A DNA stretch of 64,000 bases from positions 44,602,152-44,666,151 of the forward strand of contig NC_081364.1 in NCBI RefSeq assembly GCF_030684315.1, in the 5' to 3' direction. Shown piece by piece: positions 25,172 to 38,119 of this stretch. The stretch's first letter is position 1. Every line of letters begins with the position of its first letter. The DNA is from Stegostoma tigrinum. Its lineage: Eukaryota. The position numbers and the translations under genes were made by a program. A model generated the notes under the pieces. The model searched no databases. It saw only the letters and a program-made list of their open reading frames with translations, and was not told the DNA's origin.

Positions 25172-27089
25172 GGAATTTTGAGTTTTTTTTAACCTGGTTA
25201 TAAAGCACATGTGATTTATGCTGATGTGGAAATGGAATTTGAAAGGATAAAACCCAGAGGAATCCATTGTAGTATCAGGTTACAGTATTTCTAAGATATC
25301 ACTGAGCCACATTGCTGCAATTCACCTGCAACCATCTGAGAGGCAGACGACGGAACTACTTGGTTAGATATGGTGCTCCATCATTCTGCACATGAAGCAG
25401 AGAAAATGCTAACACTATTGTTCACAGAACAGAAAATCGGTGCAGCCCATGGTCAGTTTGAAGACTTTGAATTAGTGATGAATTTAAGGAAATTGGAATA
25501 TTTTCCCAGTTTATACAAGAGGGAAAATATCTCTAAAGAATCATTCATCAAATCAGTCTTGGGATTAAAAGTTACCTACTGCTGGGAAAGCAAAATAGAA
25601 GGTGGCGAGTGAGAACAGCAAATAGGTTCTGAATGGTTCAGAGAAAATTAAGCTTCTACTTAGGAGGTAGTGGATATTGTAACCATGGTGTGAGATGATC
25701 AGTCATTTTTATAGTTAAATTGTAACTTTTTGTGCAGTCGTAGTCTAATTGCCTACAAAAAGCAGTGCTTAATTAATGTTATTTCTGGTTAAATTTTGTC
25801 GTACCATCCTTTCAGTCAATTTTGTAACGTTATAAATATCCCGTTGCAGTTGATTAGTATCATTCTTACTGTTTGTCACTCCAAATTTTGAATAATCTGC
25901 AGGGATTGCTTTATTATATTGTGTATTCCAATGTTCAAATCATTTACAGTGAAATCATAATGAATCAAATTCAGATAACACAAAATTCTGTAGCAAAGTT
26001 GATAGCCATTTCTGTCTGCAGAGTATGAAATAACATCGAAGAATGCCTATGACAAATTGAAATTCTGGACTGATAAGTCTGGATGGACCAAACCATGCAG
26101 ACTTTTGAAATGACCATGCAACCATTCAAGAAGTGGCTAGTTCATGTTAAAGTACAAAGACACAGGCAAGCCCGCAGTAGTGGGCCGCTAAACGGTTTCA
26201 CTTATGTCCCGATATCACGTATGCACCGAGAGATATTTTAAACACGGATGATTCAGGACTCTTTTTTTTTACTGCCTTTTCCCAGAATATTCTTTAATGT
26301 TTAAAGATGAAATGTGAAACAGTTGAAAGTGAAGCAAGGAACAGGCACTGACCATAGCCTGCATCAACTTTGGTTGGTACCATACTATTCTAGCTTCTTG
26401 TAGTACGGATATCCAAGAAGGCAGATTGCTGTGTGAATATTACAACGCTCTCCACGCATTCTGAGACAAACATAACTGTTCCTAACATTTTTGAGACTTC
26501 AGTCAGGAAAGTGGACAAAATGTTTGAGGTTGAAAGAAATACCCTGATGAAATACCCTGAAGAGTCGGCTGATTGCCTGCCCATACACCTCTCTGTTTCC
26601 CTTGCAGAAGCTGCAAAGACTGTTAAGATGCTGTGGGGTTTCACATTGCTGTGTGGCCACATGAAAACACCATCAACTGTCTCAACAAAATTGTGGACCT
26701 GCCTGAAGTCAGTATGTTAAGCAGACAAAGATTACTGAGTTCCAGAACTAACTCCCAGTGTTTTCTGCACCTTTTACTGTACAAGATCAGGCTATTGTGA
26801 GGTATGAGCAAATTGAAAAATAAGAACATTTTTCACCAATTTACAAAATTATGCATTTTCATTTTTTTTGGCATAGAGTATGTTTGTAGCCAGATTGGGT
26901 AACATCAGAGCTCCCTTGACTATCTAAAAGACCCCCTTAACAGATGGGTAGGTCCATGCAATTTAACTCACTGCAAGTTTGCCATCAATATATATTAAAA
27001 CACTAATGGTGCTGAGGTTGACTGTTGGGAAACACTGTTGACTACCATTCTTCTATTTGAAACATAACCACCTACTGTAACTCACTGCT

Positions 27090-27540
27090 TTCTCTTCTTA
27101 GGCCATTTTTTCTTCCTAGTCAACACTAACCCTTCTGTTTCATGAACAACAATTTAATTAAACAATGGTTTTTACGGAACCATGTTAAACACTTTCCGTA
27201 TGGACAATACCTATTGCATCCTATCATCAACCTTCTCTCTTACTTGATCAAAATGTTCAATTAGATCAATCAAGCAAAGTTGGCCTTTTGAAACTCAGTG
27301 TTGGCTATTTTTAATTGCCTTAAAACCTCTCCAAGTACTTGTTGATGTTTAGTTTCCCTGAGGTTACTTGTCAAACCTTACCCAATATTAATGCTAAACT
27401 GAGCAGTGATTGGCAGGACTGTCCTGGTACATTTTCACGATTAAGGATGTCACATTTGCCACTCTCCAATTCTCTGGCATCTCCCCATTTTACAAGGAAG
27501 AATGGATGATTCTGCCAAGATTTTCCACCATCTCTACGTG
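27090..27540 (-). mobile_element. Decayed CR1 RT fragment
   Basis: acatttgccactctccaattctctggc (reverse complement PENWRVANV) plus neighbouring CR1-like segments. Confidence 0.55.
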
Positions 27541-28639
27541 GAGAAAGAAAGATTAAAATAATCTGAAAAATGTATTTTCACGGCTGGTCTGGAAGCAAAA
27601 TCTGTGTTTGGATTTTGTTTTCAGTTAAAATGTTTTAAGAATCAAAATAATTCTTTATGGTATTTCAGTTTCAAACCTATTACCAGCATTTAGTACTATA
27701 ACATTATTGCCACCTGTTTAGCACTTCAAGGTGTGCCTTTGAAAGGTCTATCACCTGATTGAGATAAGGTTTTACGCAAAAAAGTCTCAAGTGCGCCAAA
27801 TATTTTGTCAATCTTTCTATCCAAATACTTGAATAATACTGTGCTCAGCTATGACAAAATATAGCTCTCTTTAAATCTAATGAGTATAAAGCTGTCTTTT
27901 TCACAGTGGTACTATCTACATGAATGTGTGCTATTTATGTTTGAAAGTACATTCCAATTACTTGTGCTATTGTCCTGGTTAGTTCAATTCCAATCTATTG
28001 AGTACATTTTGATTAACTTGCCGTTCAAATGACATTAAGCAGTAACACCATTGAAAGCAAAATCACTTGTATTCTTGATTCAGCATCCTATTCTCAATTC
28101 TTCATATTGCAAAAATCAGTTTTTGTTATTGAATCTGATCTTTTGTATGATTGAAGCCAGCCTATTTTTGTGTCAAAATTCTTTCCATTTCATTCAATTG
28201 ACCTGTAATACCTGATATACTTTAGTCTGTCACATCAATTTAACTTGAGTTTTCAAAATGATGAGCAATTTTCACTCAATGAGATTTAGAAAGATTCAAT
28301 GAAAACAGTCAAAGGTGTTATATGAGCAAGGTTAGGAGGAAATTTTTGTTGAATCATTTTCTGTAGGCCTAGGGCTTGGGGGTTAAAGTGAGAAGATGAA
28401 GGGTTAAATAAAAGAGTTGGCTGGGAAATTGATCAGGCTCAAAGTTGATGGGATTGAAAGGGAGTGAAAGGCAGAAAGGAACATGGAAGCTTTGGAGGGA
28501 ATTTCTGAGGTTGACAGGCTGAGGCTGCAAGTCCCTCTTTGAAGGGCTAACCGTGACATCTTCCAACATCAAAATCACAGTGAGCAATGGAAATGGAAAC
28601 TGGTGACCCCTACAACTGAAGTGGAGAGAGTAAATTTTT

Positions 28640-29940
28640 GTATCAGTGATAATAGGAACTGCAGATGCTGGAGAATCCAAGACAATCAAGTGTGAAGCTG
28701 GATGAACACAGCAGGCCAAACAGCATCTCAGGAGCACAAAAGCTGACGTTTCGGGCCTAGACCCTTCATCAGAGAGGGGGATGGGGAGAGGGAACTGGAA
28801 TAAATAGGGAGAGGGGGGAGGCGGACCGAAGATGGAGAGAAAAGAAGATAGGTGGAGAGGAGAGTATAGGTGGTGAGGTAGAGAGGTGATAGGTTAGTCC
28901 AGGGAAGTTGGACAGGTCAAGGAGGTGGGATGAGGTTGGTAGGTAGGTAGGAAATGGAGGTGCGGCTTGGGGTGGGAGGAAGGGATGGGTGAGAGGAAGA
29001 ACAGGTTAGGGAGGCAGAGACAGGCTGGACTGGTTTTGGGATACAGTAGGGGGAGGGGACGAGCTGGGCTGGTTTTGGGATGTGGTGGGGGAAGGGGAGA
29101 TTTTGAAGCTGGTGAAGTCCACATTGATACCATTGGGCTGCAGGTTTCCCAAGCAGAATGAGTTGCTGTTCCTGCAACCTTCGGGTGGCATCATTGTGGC
29201 ACTGCAGGAGGCCCATGATGGACATGTCATCTAAAGAATGGGAAGGGGAGTTGAAATGGTTTACGACTGGGAGGCGCAGTTGTTTACTGCGAACCGAGCG
29301 GAGGTGTTCCGCAAAGCGGTCCCCAAGTCTCCGCTTGGTTTTCCCAATGTAGAGGAAGCCACACCGGGTACAATGGATACAGTATACCACATTGGCAGAT
29401 GTGCAGGTGAACCTCTGCTTAATATGGAAAGTCATCTTGCGGCTTGGGATAGGGGTGAGGGAGGAGGTGTGGGGGCAAGGTAGCATTTCCTGCGGTTGCA
29501 GGGGAAGGTGCCGGGTGTGGTGGGTTTGGAGGGCAGTGTGGAGCGAACCAGGGAGTCACGGAGTGAGTAGTCTCTCCGGAAAGCAGACAAGGGTGGGGAT
29601 GGCCTGTCTCTGCCTCCCTAACCTGTTCTTCCTCTCACCCATCCTTTCCTCCCACCTCAAGCCGCACCTCCATCACCTACCTACTAACCTCATCCCACCT
29701 CCTTGACCTGTCCGTCTTCCCTGGACTGACCTATCCCCTCCCTACCACCCCACCCATACTCTCCTCTCCACCTATCTTCTTTTCTCTCCATCTTCGGTCC
29801 GCCTCCCCCTCTCTCCCTATTTATTCCAGAACCCTCACCCCATCCCCCTCTGAAGGGTCTAGGCCTGAAACGTCAGCTTTTGTGCTCCTGAGATGCTGCT
29901 TGGCCTGCTGTGTTCATCTAGCTTCACACTTTATTATCTT
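28640..29940. mobile_element. Penelope-like (Neptune-type) fold-back insertion: minus arm about 28640-29601 encoding GIY-YIG, plus arm 29602-29940
   Basis: FTCTSANVVYCIHCTRCGFLYIGKTKRRLGDRFAEH...NHF...RRLQEQQLI; inverted copy of the 3' end; TSD agagtaaattttt (28627-28639 / 29941-29953). Confidence 0.92.
28745..28772 (-). ncRNA. Minimal type I hammerhead ribozyme-like motif in Penelope pLTR
   Basis: Reverse complement is CTGATGA A GGGT CTAG GCCC GAAA CGTC: core boxes, 4-bp stem II, palindromic ACGT and a GUC site. Stem I is only about 2 bp. Confidence 0.6.
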
Positions 29941-30292
29941 AGAGTAAATTTTTATTTTGTCGCTAACAGAGCAGGCTTTATTTGTGAGCAATGTAAGGCC
30001 CTTCAAGGGGGATTGCATGAAGCAGACGCTAACACAAGAGAGGTTAAAGACAGCCATAATCACAAACGTGAGGTTGCCATGTTTGTTCAGGTATGGAGGT
30101 TTGTTGCCATACTGTATAGACAGAGCATATACTTAACCCTTGCATGCTTTGCTATGGACAACTAGAGGATGCAGTGTGTGTATGTGACGGGCAATTAGGA
30201 TCTGTGAGGGACACAGCCTTGTGCATTGTAGGAAAATGAAGATGTTCATCAGCAGGAACACCACCTTCAGCTACAGCATCTAAATGCTGAAT

Positions 30293-30367
30293 CAGTTGGT
30301 GCAGGCTTGGAGGGCCGAAGGGCCTATTCCTGTGCTGTAATTTTCTTTATTCTTTGTTCTTTGTTCT
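30293..30367 (+). mobile_element. CR1 extreme 3' tail
   Basis: ggcttggagggccgaagggcctattcctgtgctgtaa followed by (TTCTTTG)n. Confidence 0.75.
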
Positions 30368-32020
30368 TAGTTCAGTCACTCTCACCCATATCCCGTAAAG
30401 GAATAAATAAAAACTATTGTCAAACACAGCAATCAAGGAAGTGCTTGTTTGGCAACCACTTTAAATGGAACTGTGTTTCATGAAGCCACCTTTCACTGGA
30501 CTGTAATGTGTTGATACTGTAGGGGTCGATATCCCCTGTTTCATTGTAATTGCAAACGTAGCTTACTGGTTTGTTGTCTTTCCAAACTCCCCATTGTTTA
30601 ATAAAGGTTAAGGTTACAAACTGACAGAAGCGTTCATAATACCTCTTGGTCCTGTATTTAAATGTGACAACGTTTCATGCTACTGTGCAGCTGCATTGAT
30701 AGTTGATCACACATCTGATGATGAAAAATAAATGGTGGCGGTGAACCCAGAAGAACGTGTCAGCAGCAAATGCTTCCGCTATTTGTGAACATGACATCAG
30801 CACTCTGGAGAAGTGGTACGTAGATAATGAGGTAAGCAGCGAAAAATTGCATGAGGTAATTGGCTAGAGCTCACAAGAGAAACCCTCCATGAAACTCCCT
30901 CCCAAATTCACACTGCCAAATTTTGGCAAATCTGCCCAGACATAAACTTAACAGTGCAAGCTGTTCTTGTACTTTGTTGGTAACACAACAAACTGTACAT
31001 AGCCCAAAGAAATTATACATCGACATTGTCTGACACATTGCTAATTACTTTGGGAATTTAGGCAACTTTCGGTATTTAGTGGAAACTACATTCTGTAATA
31101 ACTCTGCTTCAGAAATGTATTTTGCACTCAAAATCTATCTACTTTTTGCAACACTGAAAGAACATTTTCTGATGTGTAATAAAACACATGTTGAATTCCT
31201 TGAAAGAAAGTCAGTGGAAATAATATTTATCTTGTTAGGTGGCAAAGGCAATCATCACATCTTCTGTGGTAAGATATTTTCTCTTGAATTTTAATTTGCC
31301 TTTAAACTCAAATTTCTTTATCAGTTGTTCTTGTAAAATCAAATAAATGCCATAATCCTCTATCAAAGCTATCTTCTTTAATCCTTTTCCTATGTGGAAA
31401 CAGAGACGTTAGTAGAACAAACATTGGAAAGCCATTAAGTTGATCTTGAAGTACTTGAATAAATTTCTCATCCTGTCATTGCTATCTATGGAATTTCTAT
31501 TTGGGAGATAAATGTTTTGTCAGGCCCAGAAGACATGAGAAGGGTAATAATATGTATATATATTAAAGCTCTTGTCTCTTGTTTAGTTTTTTTTAAGAAT
31601 GGATGCTTGTTGAGTTTAAGATGGCTACTAACCACAGAAACATCCAGTGGACAACAGTTAACTAATCATCCTCCTGGAATGTTAAATCCTATGCATTATA
31701 CAGGGATTCTAGCCAAACCCACCCAAAGAATCCTCAGGTCTTGCATCTCACCAGCCAGTTTTGGCTTGAAAGAAAGCCACTGAAACTCATTATGGTTGAG
31801 ATTACTTTAATGGCCTCCACAGTTATCTCCTACAACGTGCAACGGCCTTCACCAAATATTCAAAGCTATCTCATGAGCTAATGCTACTGAAGCATGAAAC
31901 CTAATCATAGTTGTTTGTTAGCTTTAAGTATACAGCTCTTTCCATTGTCTGTTTCCAAGACCAAAAGCAACTCTAGGCTTAATTTAAAGTCTGCTTCTAC
32001 TCACAACTGTCTCAAAACCC

Positions 32021-32215
32021 AGCAGGCCAAGCAGCATCTTAGGAGCACAAAAGCTGATATTTCGGGCCTAGACCCTTCATCACCTTTTCTGATGAAGGGC
32101 CTAGGCCTGAAACGTCAGCTTTTGTGCTCCTAAGATTCTGCTTGGCCTGCTGTGTTCATCCAGATCCACACTTCGTTATCTCAGATTCTCCAGCATCTGC
32201 AGTTCCCGTTGTTAC
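32021..32215. mobile_element. Miniature Penelope fold-back element centred on two opposed hammerhead-like cores
   Basis: ...gacccttcatca-cctttt-ctgatgaagggcctaggcctgaaacgtc...; about 60-bp inverted arms; TSD tctcaaaaccc (32010-32020 / 32216-32226). Confidence 0.9.
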
Positions 32216-32291
32216 TCTCAAAACCCTAATTTTCAGGAAGAATCTGCAAAGTGAAAATTCACTGTCTGCAGGAATTGTAGATATTTTCTAA

Positions 32292-32398
32292 GCAACCTGT
32301 TCAGATGTGTTTTTTCACACCTCCAGACCAGGTAGGACTTGGACCTTGGACTCCTAACCCAGAGGTAAGGGTACTACCACTGTGCCACAAGAGACCTC
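32292..32398 (-). mobile_element. tRNA-derived SINE head (second family)
   Basis: Reverse complement ggtctcttgtggcacagtggtagt...ggtccaagtcctacc, with A-box- and B-box-like motifs at pol III spacing. Confidence 0.6.
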
Positions 32399-33207
32399 AA
32401 ATGTAACTATTTTTTAAGTTCTGAGAAATAAACGGAATTCTGCCAGTTCACTGCAAAAACCCTTTAGGCATCGACTTTACTGGATTCTAATTCATGTAAT
32501 TTAATGCTATTATTTTGATTTTTATGTAGCTCATAATTGTAACTTCCTTGTGTTCCTTATTTTTCTTCATTGTATGCTTGTGACATGATGGATATCCCTG
32601 CTATCCCCCCACCACTCCCAATGAGTTTTTAAATGCATTACTTACTTTGCCTTAATACAAAATAATTTGCTTTTCAATTGAAATTCACAAAAGGATTTGG
32701 GGAAACACATCACTGCCCTTACTTCAGAAGAAAAGACAAATAAAAATTAGAAGGAAATTTAAAATCACTCCGGGTACAGACAGAAGAGGAAGACCATAAA
32801 ATAATTCAATTCCCCTATGTGACAGTTCCTACAAAGTTATGATTCAGTAATGACTGACTCATGATTTGGAAATCGTAGATAGAAATTTCTATATATCAGC
32901 TAAACAGTATTTGCAATAAAAACTATAACTACATGACATTAAATGGTCTGCACTACAGAACAGGATGAGAACATCTGGCATCTGGGCAAATGGCAACATT
33001 GCTGATTTGCACAGATTTCCCAATGAATGGGCTAATTTCCAGTCCCTACTAAAAGTGAAGCTGGTCTAAAGCAGTTAATTTTACAATTTTTTGAAACCTG
33101 CTTCATTTTAGGATTCTCCTGTTCCCTTTGTACTCCTTCAGACAAATATGTGTACAGTTTGCAGTACAGACTTCCCCAGGGCTGGAGTCAATCACTCTAA
33201 CAGTGAG

Positions 33208-33505
33208 CATGGAATCATAGGATCCCTGCAGTATGGACACAGGCTATTCAGCCCAGCAGGTTCACACTGACCCTCTAAAGAGCATCCCACTTAGACCTAC
33301 CCCATCACTGCATTTCCTATGGCTGACCCACCTAGACTGCACATCATTGGGTGCTATAGGCAATTTAGCACATCCAGTCTACCTACACTACACATCTTTA
33401 GACAGAAACTAGAGCTCCCACAGGAAACTAATACAGGCACCCAAGGGTGGGATTGAACCCAGGGCCCCAGGACTGTGAAGTAGCAGTGCTCACCACTAAG
33501 TCGTA
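33208..33505 (-). mobile_element. V-SINE (HE1-like), decayed
   Basis: Reverse complement ttagtggtgagcactgctacttcacag...gggttcaatccc; tail cctatgattccatg. Confidence 0.8.
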
Positions 33506-34639
33506 ATGACTGTCGCTATAAGATGACGCTATCATCAGCAGATTGGCTGAAAAATGGAAATCAGAGAATGCAGAGTTTGACTGAGAGTTGAAACTGGGCC
33601 TGCAAACTTGGGTCCTCTGATTGTTCTCATTTCATGGCTAAAGGTTCATGGCTTATGGATGAACATAGTGAGACAAATTGAGGAAAAATAAACCATAGTT
33701 ATTTATAGAACACTTGAAAAAACAAACAATTAATTTCTATTATGTTGCTGCTTTACTAATCCTGAAAAAGATTTGTCAGCCTGAATAACTGAATAAATAT
33801 TATTTCTTCAGGCCTGCACAGACCTGCTATTGTTGCTCGAGTAATTGAAATCTATTCAGTACTCATCAGCTTTGGTAGTCACTAACTTGTGATGTCTACA
33901 CATTTCAGTAAATAAGGAGGAAAATCACAACAATCTGGTTGAAGCAAAATTAGAAAGTCTCAGCTGTGATTAAACTATTCTGTTTAAAAATGAAAATATA
34001 TTGGGTGTCTGTATTAATTTAGTGTAAACGAGATGGTTAATCTGCAAGTCAGCATGCTGGTATTAAGAATAATACATGAAAATAGTTTTTCTTTTAATAA
34101 ACATCATGATAAAATGGCTTGTCTGGAATTTTAGTGTTCTTGCACAGAATGTTCTATTTTTTTTTCAATTCCAATGGTTCCTTGATTACAATAATTCAGA
34201 ACTAACCCTTGCCTTCAAATCACATACTTTTCAATTGTTTGTTTCCTCAAGCGAGTTTCTTACCTCTCTTCCTCACAGTACATTTCATTTCCAAACTAAA
34301 AAAAGGTGTGGGTAACCTGCTAATTATCCGAGACTGTGCAAAAAAGACCCGGGGACAGGTGGGTATGGTTTGATTGTTGTGAAAAATCAGAGTGTCTTGC
34401 CAATGCCAAGATGACCAACAAAGATTGTAGCCAGCTGCTTGTTCAGATGGCAACAATGATGTCACATTGTCGAACAAAACTTTCTGCACATTGGCTATTG
34501 GCCACTCCCCTCACAACAGAGCCTTCCGGTTGTTTCCATGCCCATTGAATATCACCCCACTGGCCCTTGCTGCTGGCTGCTTCTTTTGTTGCAAGGCGAT
34601 GCCCTGATGTAGGAAAGGATGTTATTCAACCGGAAATGA

Positions 34640-35112
34640 CGCAAAAATGATTTACAGGGATGTTGTCTGGACTGGAGGTTTTGAGTTGAAAGGAGAGGCT
34701 GTTTACCTGAGGCTTTATTCCCTGGAACACAGGAGACTGAGGGGTGACCTCACAGGGATTAATAAAATCATGAGGGGCAGAAATAAAATGAATAGGCAAG
34801 GTCTTTTCCACAGGATAGGGAGGTCCAAAACTAGAACGGCAAAGGTTTAAAGTGAGGGGGAAAGATTTAAAAGGGGCCTGAGGGGCAATGTTTTCAAACA
34901 GAGGGTGGTTAGTATATAGAACAAGTTATCAGAGGAAATGGAAGAGGCAGTTACAACAGTTAAAAGATATTTGGACAGATGCATAGATAGGATAGGTTTA
35001 GAGAGATATGGGCTAAACACAGGTAAATGAAATCTGGTTTAGTTGAGAAAACGTGCTTGGCATGGCCAAGTTGGATCAAATGGCCTGTTTCCATCCTGTA
35101 TGATTCTATTAC
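34640..35112 (+). mobile_element. CR1 LINE 3' fragment
   Basis: LRLYSLEHRRLRGDL..INKIMRG; 3' UTR ggcctgtttccatcctgtatgattctat. Confidence 0.8.
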
Positions 35113-35680
35113 TCACTATTTCACTCAGGAAATGGCAGAACAGATGAAGTGGTGGGTGAAGCACTGACAGCTCTTTTTGTGCAAAGCATTGGGTGAACAG
35201 TTTTTAACAATTCATTTCAGCGGTGTTTCATGAATGTTCGAGCAATGCAATTCTACAAGTTTATCAAAGCCGCGCATTGACAGGACAATTCTTCTATATG
35301 ATAATATCCATTGATTTCCATGAGCTCAGGAGTTAGACTGTAAAGTAGCTTTGCTGTTTTGCCACCTAGCAGTGGCAAGGGCAATAAACACAGCTGCGAA
35401 GAAAAGGCAAGATGTATGTTTCACATACAATGTGCTGAGTCCAGTAATTTGCTAGGAATATTTGGCTCTAAGCAGTATGAGCTGTAACATCGTTTGACAT
35501 TGTAGTTGGTAGAGAGGATTGCAGATAAAGGAGGAAAAATTGCTCCTGCTCAGGAAACGGTGAAATGTTGCAAAACCGTACGGGGAATAACAGAGATATG
35601 AAATGTAGACTAACTTTTGCATCACTGATAACCCTGCTAAGTTTCTAAAATGCAGAGTAACTAGGTCCTCAGAACAGTAG

Positions 35681-37649
35681 ATAACAAAGTGTGGAGCTGG
35701 ATGAACACGGCAGGCTAAACAGCATCTCAGGAGCACAAAAGCTGACGTTTCGGGCCTAGACCCTTCATCAGAGAGGGGGTTGGGGAGAGGGAACTTGAAT
35801 AAATAGGGAGAGAGGGGGAGGTGGACTGAAGATACACAGAGGAGAAGATAGGTGGAGAGGAGAGTATGGGTGGGGAGGTAGGGAGGGGATAGGTCAGTCC
35901 AGGGAAGATGGACAGGTCAAGGAGGTGGGATGAGGTTAGTAGGTAGGAAATGGAGGTGATGCTTGAGGGGGGAGGAAGGGATGGGTGAGAGGAAGAACAG
36001 GTGAGGGAAGCGGAGACAGGCTGGGTTGGTTTTGGGATGCAGTGGGGGGAGGGGACGAACTGGGCTGGTTTTGGGATGCAGTGGGGGAAGGGGAGATTTT
36101 GAAGCTTGTGAAGCCCACATTGATACTATTGAGCTGCAGGGTTCCCAAGCGGAATATGAGTTGCTGTTCTTGCAACCTTCGCGTGGCATCATTGTGGCAC
36201 TGCAGGATGCCCATGATGGACATGTCGTCAACGGAATGGGAGGGGGAGTTAAAATGGTTCGCAACTGGGAGGTGCAGTTGTTTGTTGCGAACGTGTTCTG
36301 CAAAGTGGTCCCCAAGCTTCCGCTTGGCGTCCCCAATGTAGAGAAAGCCACACCGGGTACAATGGATACAATATACCACATTGGCAGATGTGCAGGTGAA
36401 CATCTGCTTGATATGGAAGGTCATCTTGGGGCCTGGGATAGGGGTGAGGGAGAAGGTGTGGGGGCAAGTGTAGCACTTCCTGCGGTTGCAGGGGAAGGTG
36501 CCGGGTGTGGTGGGGTTGGAGGGGAGTTTGGAGCGGACAAGGGAGTCGCGGAGAGAATGGTCTCTTCGGAAGGCAGAGAAGGGTGGGGATGCAAAAATAG
36601 CTTGGGTGGTGGGGTTGGATTGAAGATGGTGGAAGTGTTGGAGGATGATACGTTGTATACGGACGTTGGTGGGGGCGGGGTGTGAGGGATGTGTTGCGGG
36701 AGACGCGGTCAAGGGCGTTCTTGACCATTGCGGGGGGAAAGTTGCGGTCCTTGAAGAATGTGGACATCTGGAATGTGCGGGAGTGGAATGTTTCATCCTG
36801 GGAACAGGTGCGGCGGAAGCGGAGGAATTGGGAATAGGGGATGGAACTTTTGCAGGAGGGTGGGTGGAAAGAGGTGTATTCTAGGTAGCTGTGGGAGTCA
36901 GTGGGCTTAAAATGGACATCAGTTTCTAGCTGGTTACCTGAGATGGAGACTGAGAGGTCCCCAAAGCTGAGAGACTTTGCAGAACACCTCCGCTCAGTTT
37001 GCGATAAACGACTGCACCTCCCAGTCGCGAACCATTTTAACTCGTCCTCCCATTCCTCAGACGACATGTCCATCATGGGCCTCCTGCAGTGGCACAATGA
37101 TGCCACCCATAGGTTGCAGGAACAGCAACTCATATTCCGCTTGGGAACCCTGCAGTCCAATGGTATCAATGTGGACTTCACAAGCTTCAAAATCTCCCCT
37201 TCCCCCACTGCATCACAAAACCAGCCCAGCTCAACCCCTCCCCCCACTGCATCCCAAAACCAACCCAGCCTGTCTCCGCTTCCCTAACCTGTTCTTCCTC
37301 TCACCCATCCCTTCCTCCCACCTCAAGCTGCACCTTCATTTCCTACCTACCACCTCATCCCACCTCCTTGACCTGTCCGTCTTCCCTGGACTGACCTATC
37401 CCCTCCCTACCTCCCCACCTATACTCTACTCTACTCTCCACCTATCTTCTTTTCTCTCCATCTTTGGTCTGCATTCCCCCTCTTTCCCTATTTATTCCAG
37501 TTCTCCCTCCCCATCCCCCTCTCTGATGAAGTTTCTAGGCCCGAAACATCAGCTTTTGTGCTCCCGACATGCTGTTTGGCCTGCTGTGTTCATCCAGCTC
37601 CACACTTTGTTATCTTGGATTCTCCAGCATCTGCAGCTCCTATTATCAC
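35681..37649. mobile_element. Penelope-like fold-back insertion: minus arm 35681 to about 36960 (RT C-terminus, Cys linker, GIY-YIG), plus arm about 36971-37649
   Basis: DLSVSISGNQLETDVHFKPTDSHSYLEYTSFHPPSCKSSIPYSQFLRFRRTCS; GTFPCNRRKCYTCPH; NVVYCIHCTRCGFLYIG; TSD tcctcagaacagtag (35666-35680) / tcctcaaaacagtag (37650-37664). Confidence 0.93.
35744..35771 (-). ncRNA. Hammerhead-like motif, intact copy
   Basis: Reverse complement CTGATGAAGGGTCTAGGCCCGAAACGTC. Confidence 0.6.
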
Positions 37650-37915
37650 TCCTCAAAACAGTAGTTGACCTTGACTGGTTCAGTCTTCTCTTTCCACTGG
37701 TACCAGATAATTCTAATAAAGTAAGAATTCTAATTAGCTAATGCTACATAGAAACATTGAAGGAGAGAAGATGTCTTCCTTTTCCTTAGACATTTCATGA
37801 AGGCTTTCAAGGCATTATCTGATCATTGGAGTACTTTGGTTATCCACATTCTGGGCGGAGCTTCAATTGTGCACCCTGCACCCTGCAAATAAAAACTCTA
37901 TCTCTCATTTAAGAG

Positions 37916-38119
37916 ACAACATAGCGCAGAGCTGGAGGAACACGGCAGGCCAGGCAGTGTCAGAGGAGCAGAAAAGTTGATGTTTCGCGTCAAGACTCTT
38001 CTTCAGAAAAAGGAGCGTCTTGACCCTGCTCCTCTGACGTTGCCTAGCTTGCTGTGTTTGTTCAGCTCCACACTGTACAGTTTCTGACTCCAGCATCTGC
38101 AGTTCTTGCTATTTCTCCT
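37916..38119. mobile_element. Older miniature Penelope fold-back element
   Basis: Inverted arms (gagctggaggaacacggcaggccaggcagtgtcagagg / cctctgacgttgcctagcttgctgtgtttgttcagctc), tail ccagcatctgcagttc, direct repeat tttaagag (37908-37915 / 38120-38127). Confidence 0.8.

Noticed and set aside
36249-37287. ORFs of 332 aa (minus) and 128 aa (plus) crossing the inversion junction, as novel chimeric proteins
   Set aside because: They join the antisense of one arm to the sense of the other; open frames are expected in this GC-rich, stop-poor repeat.
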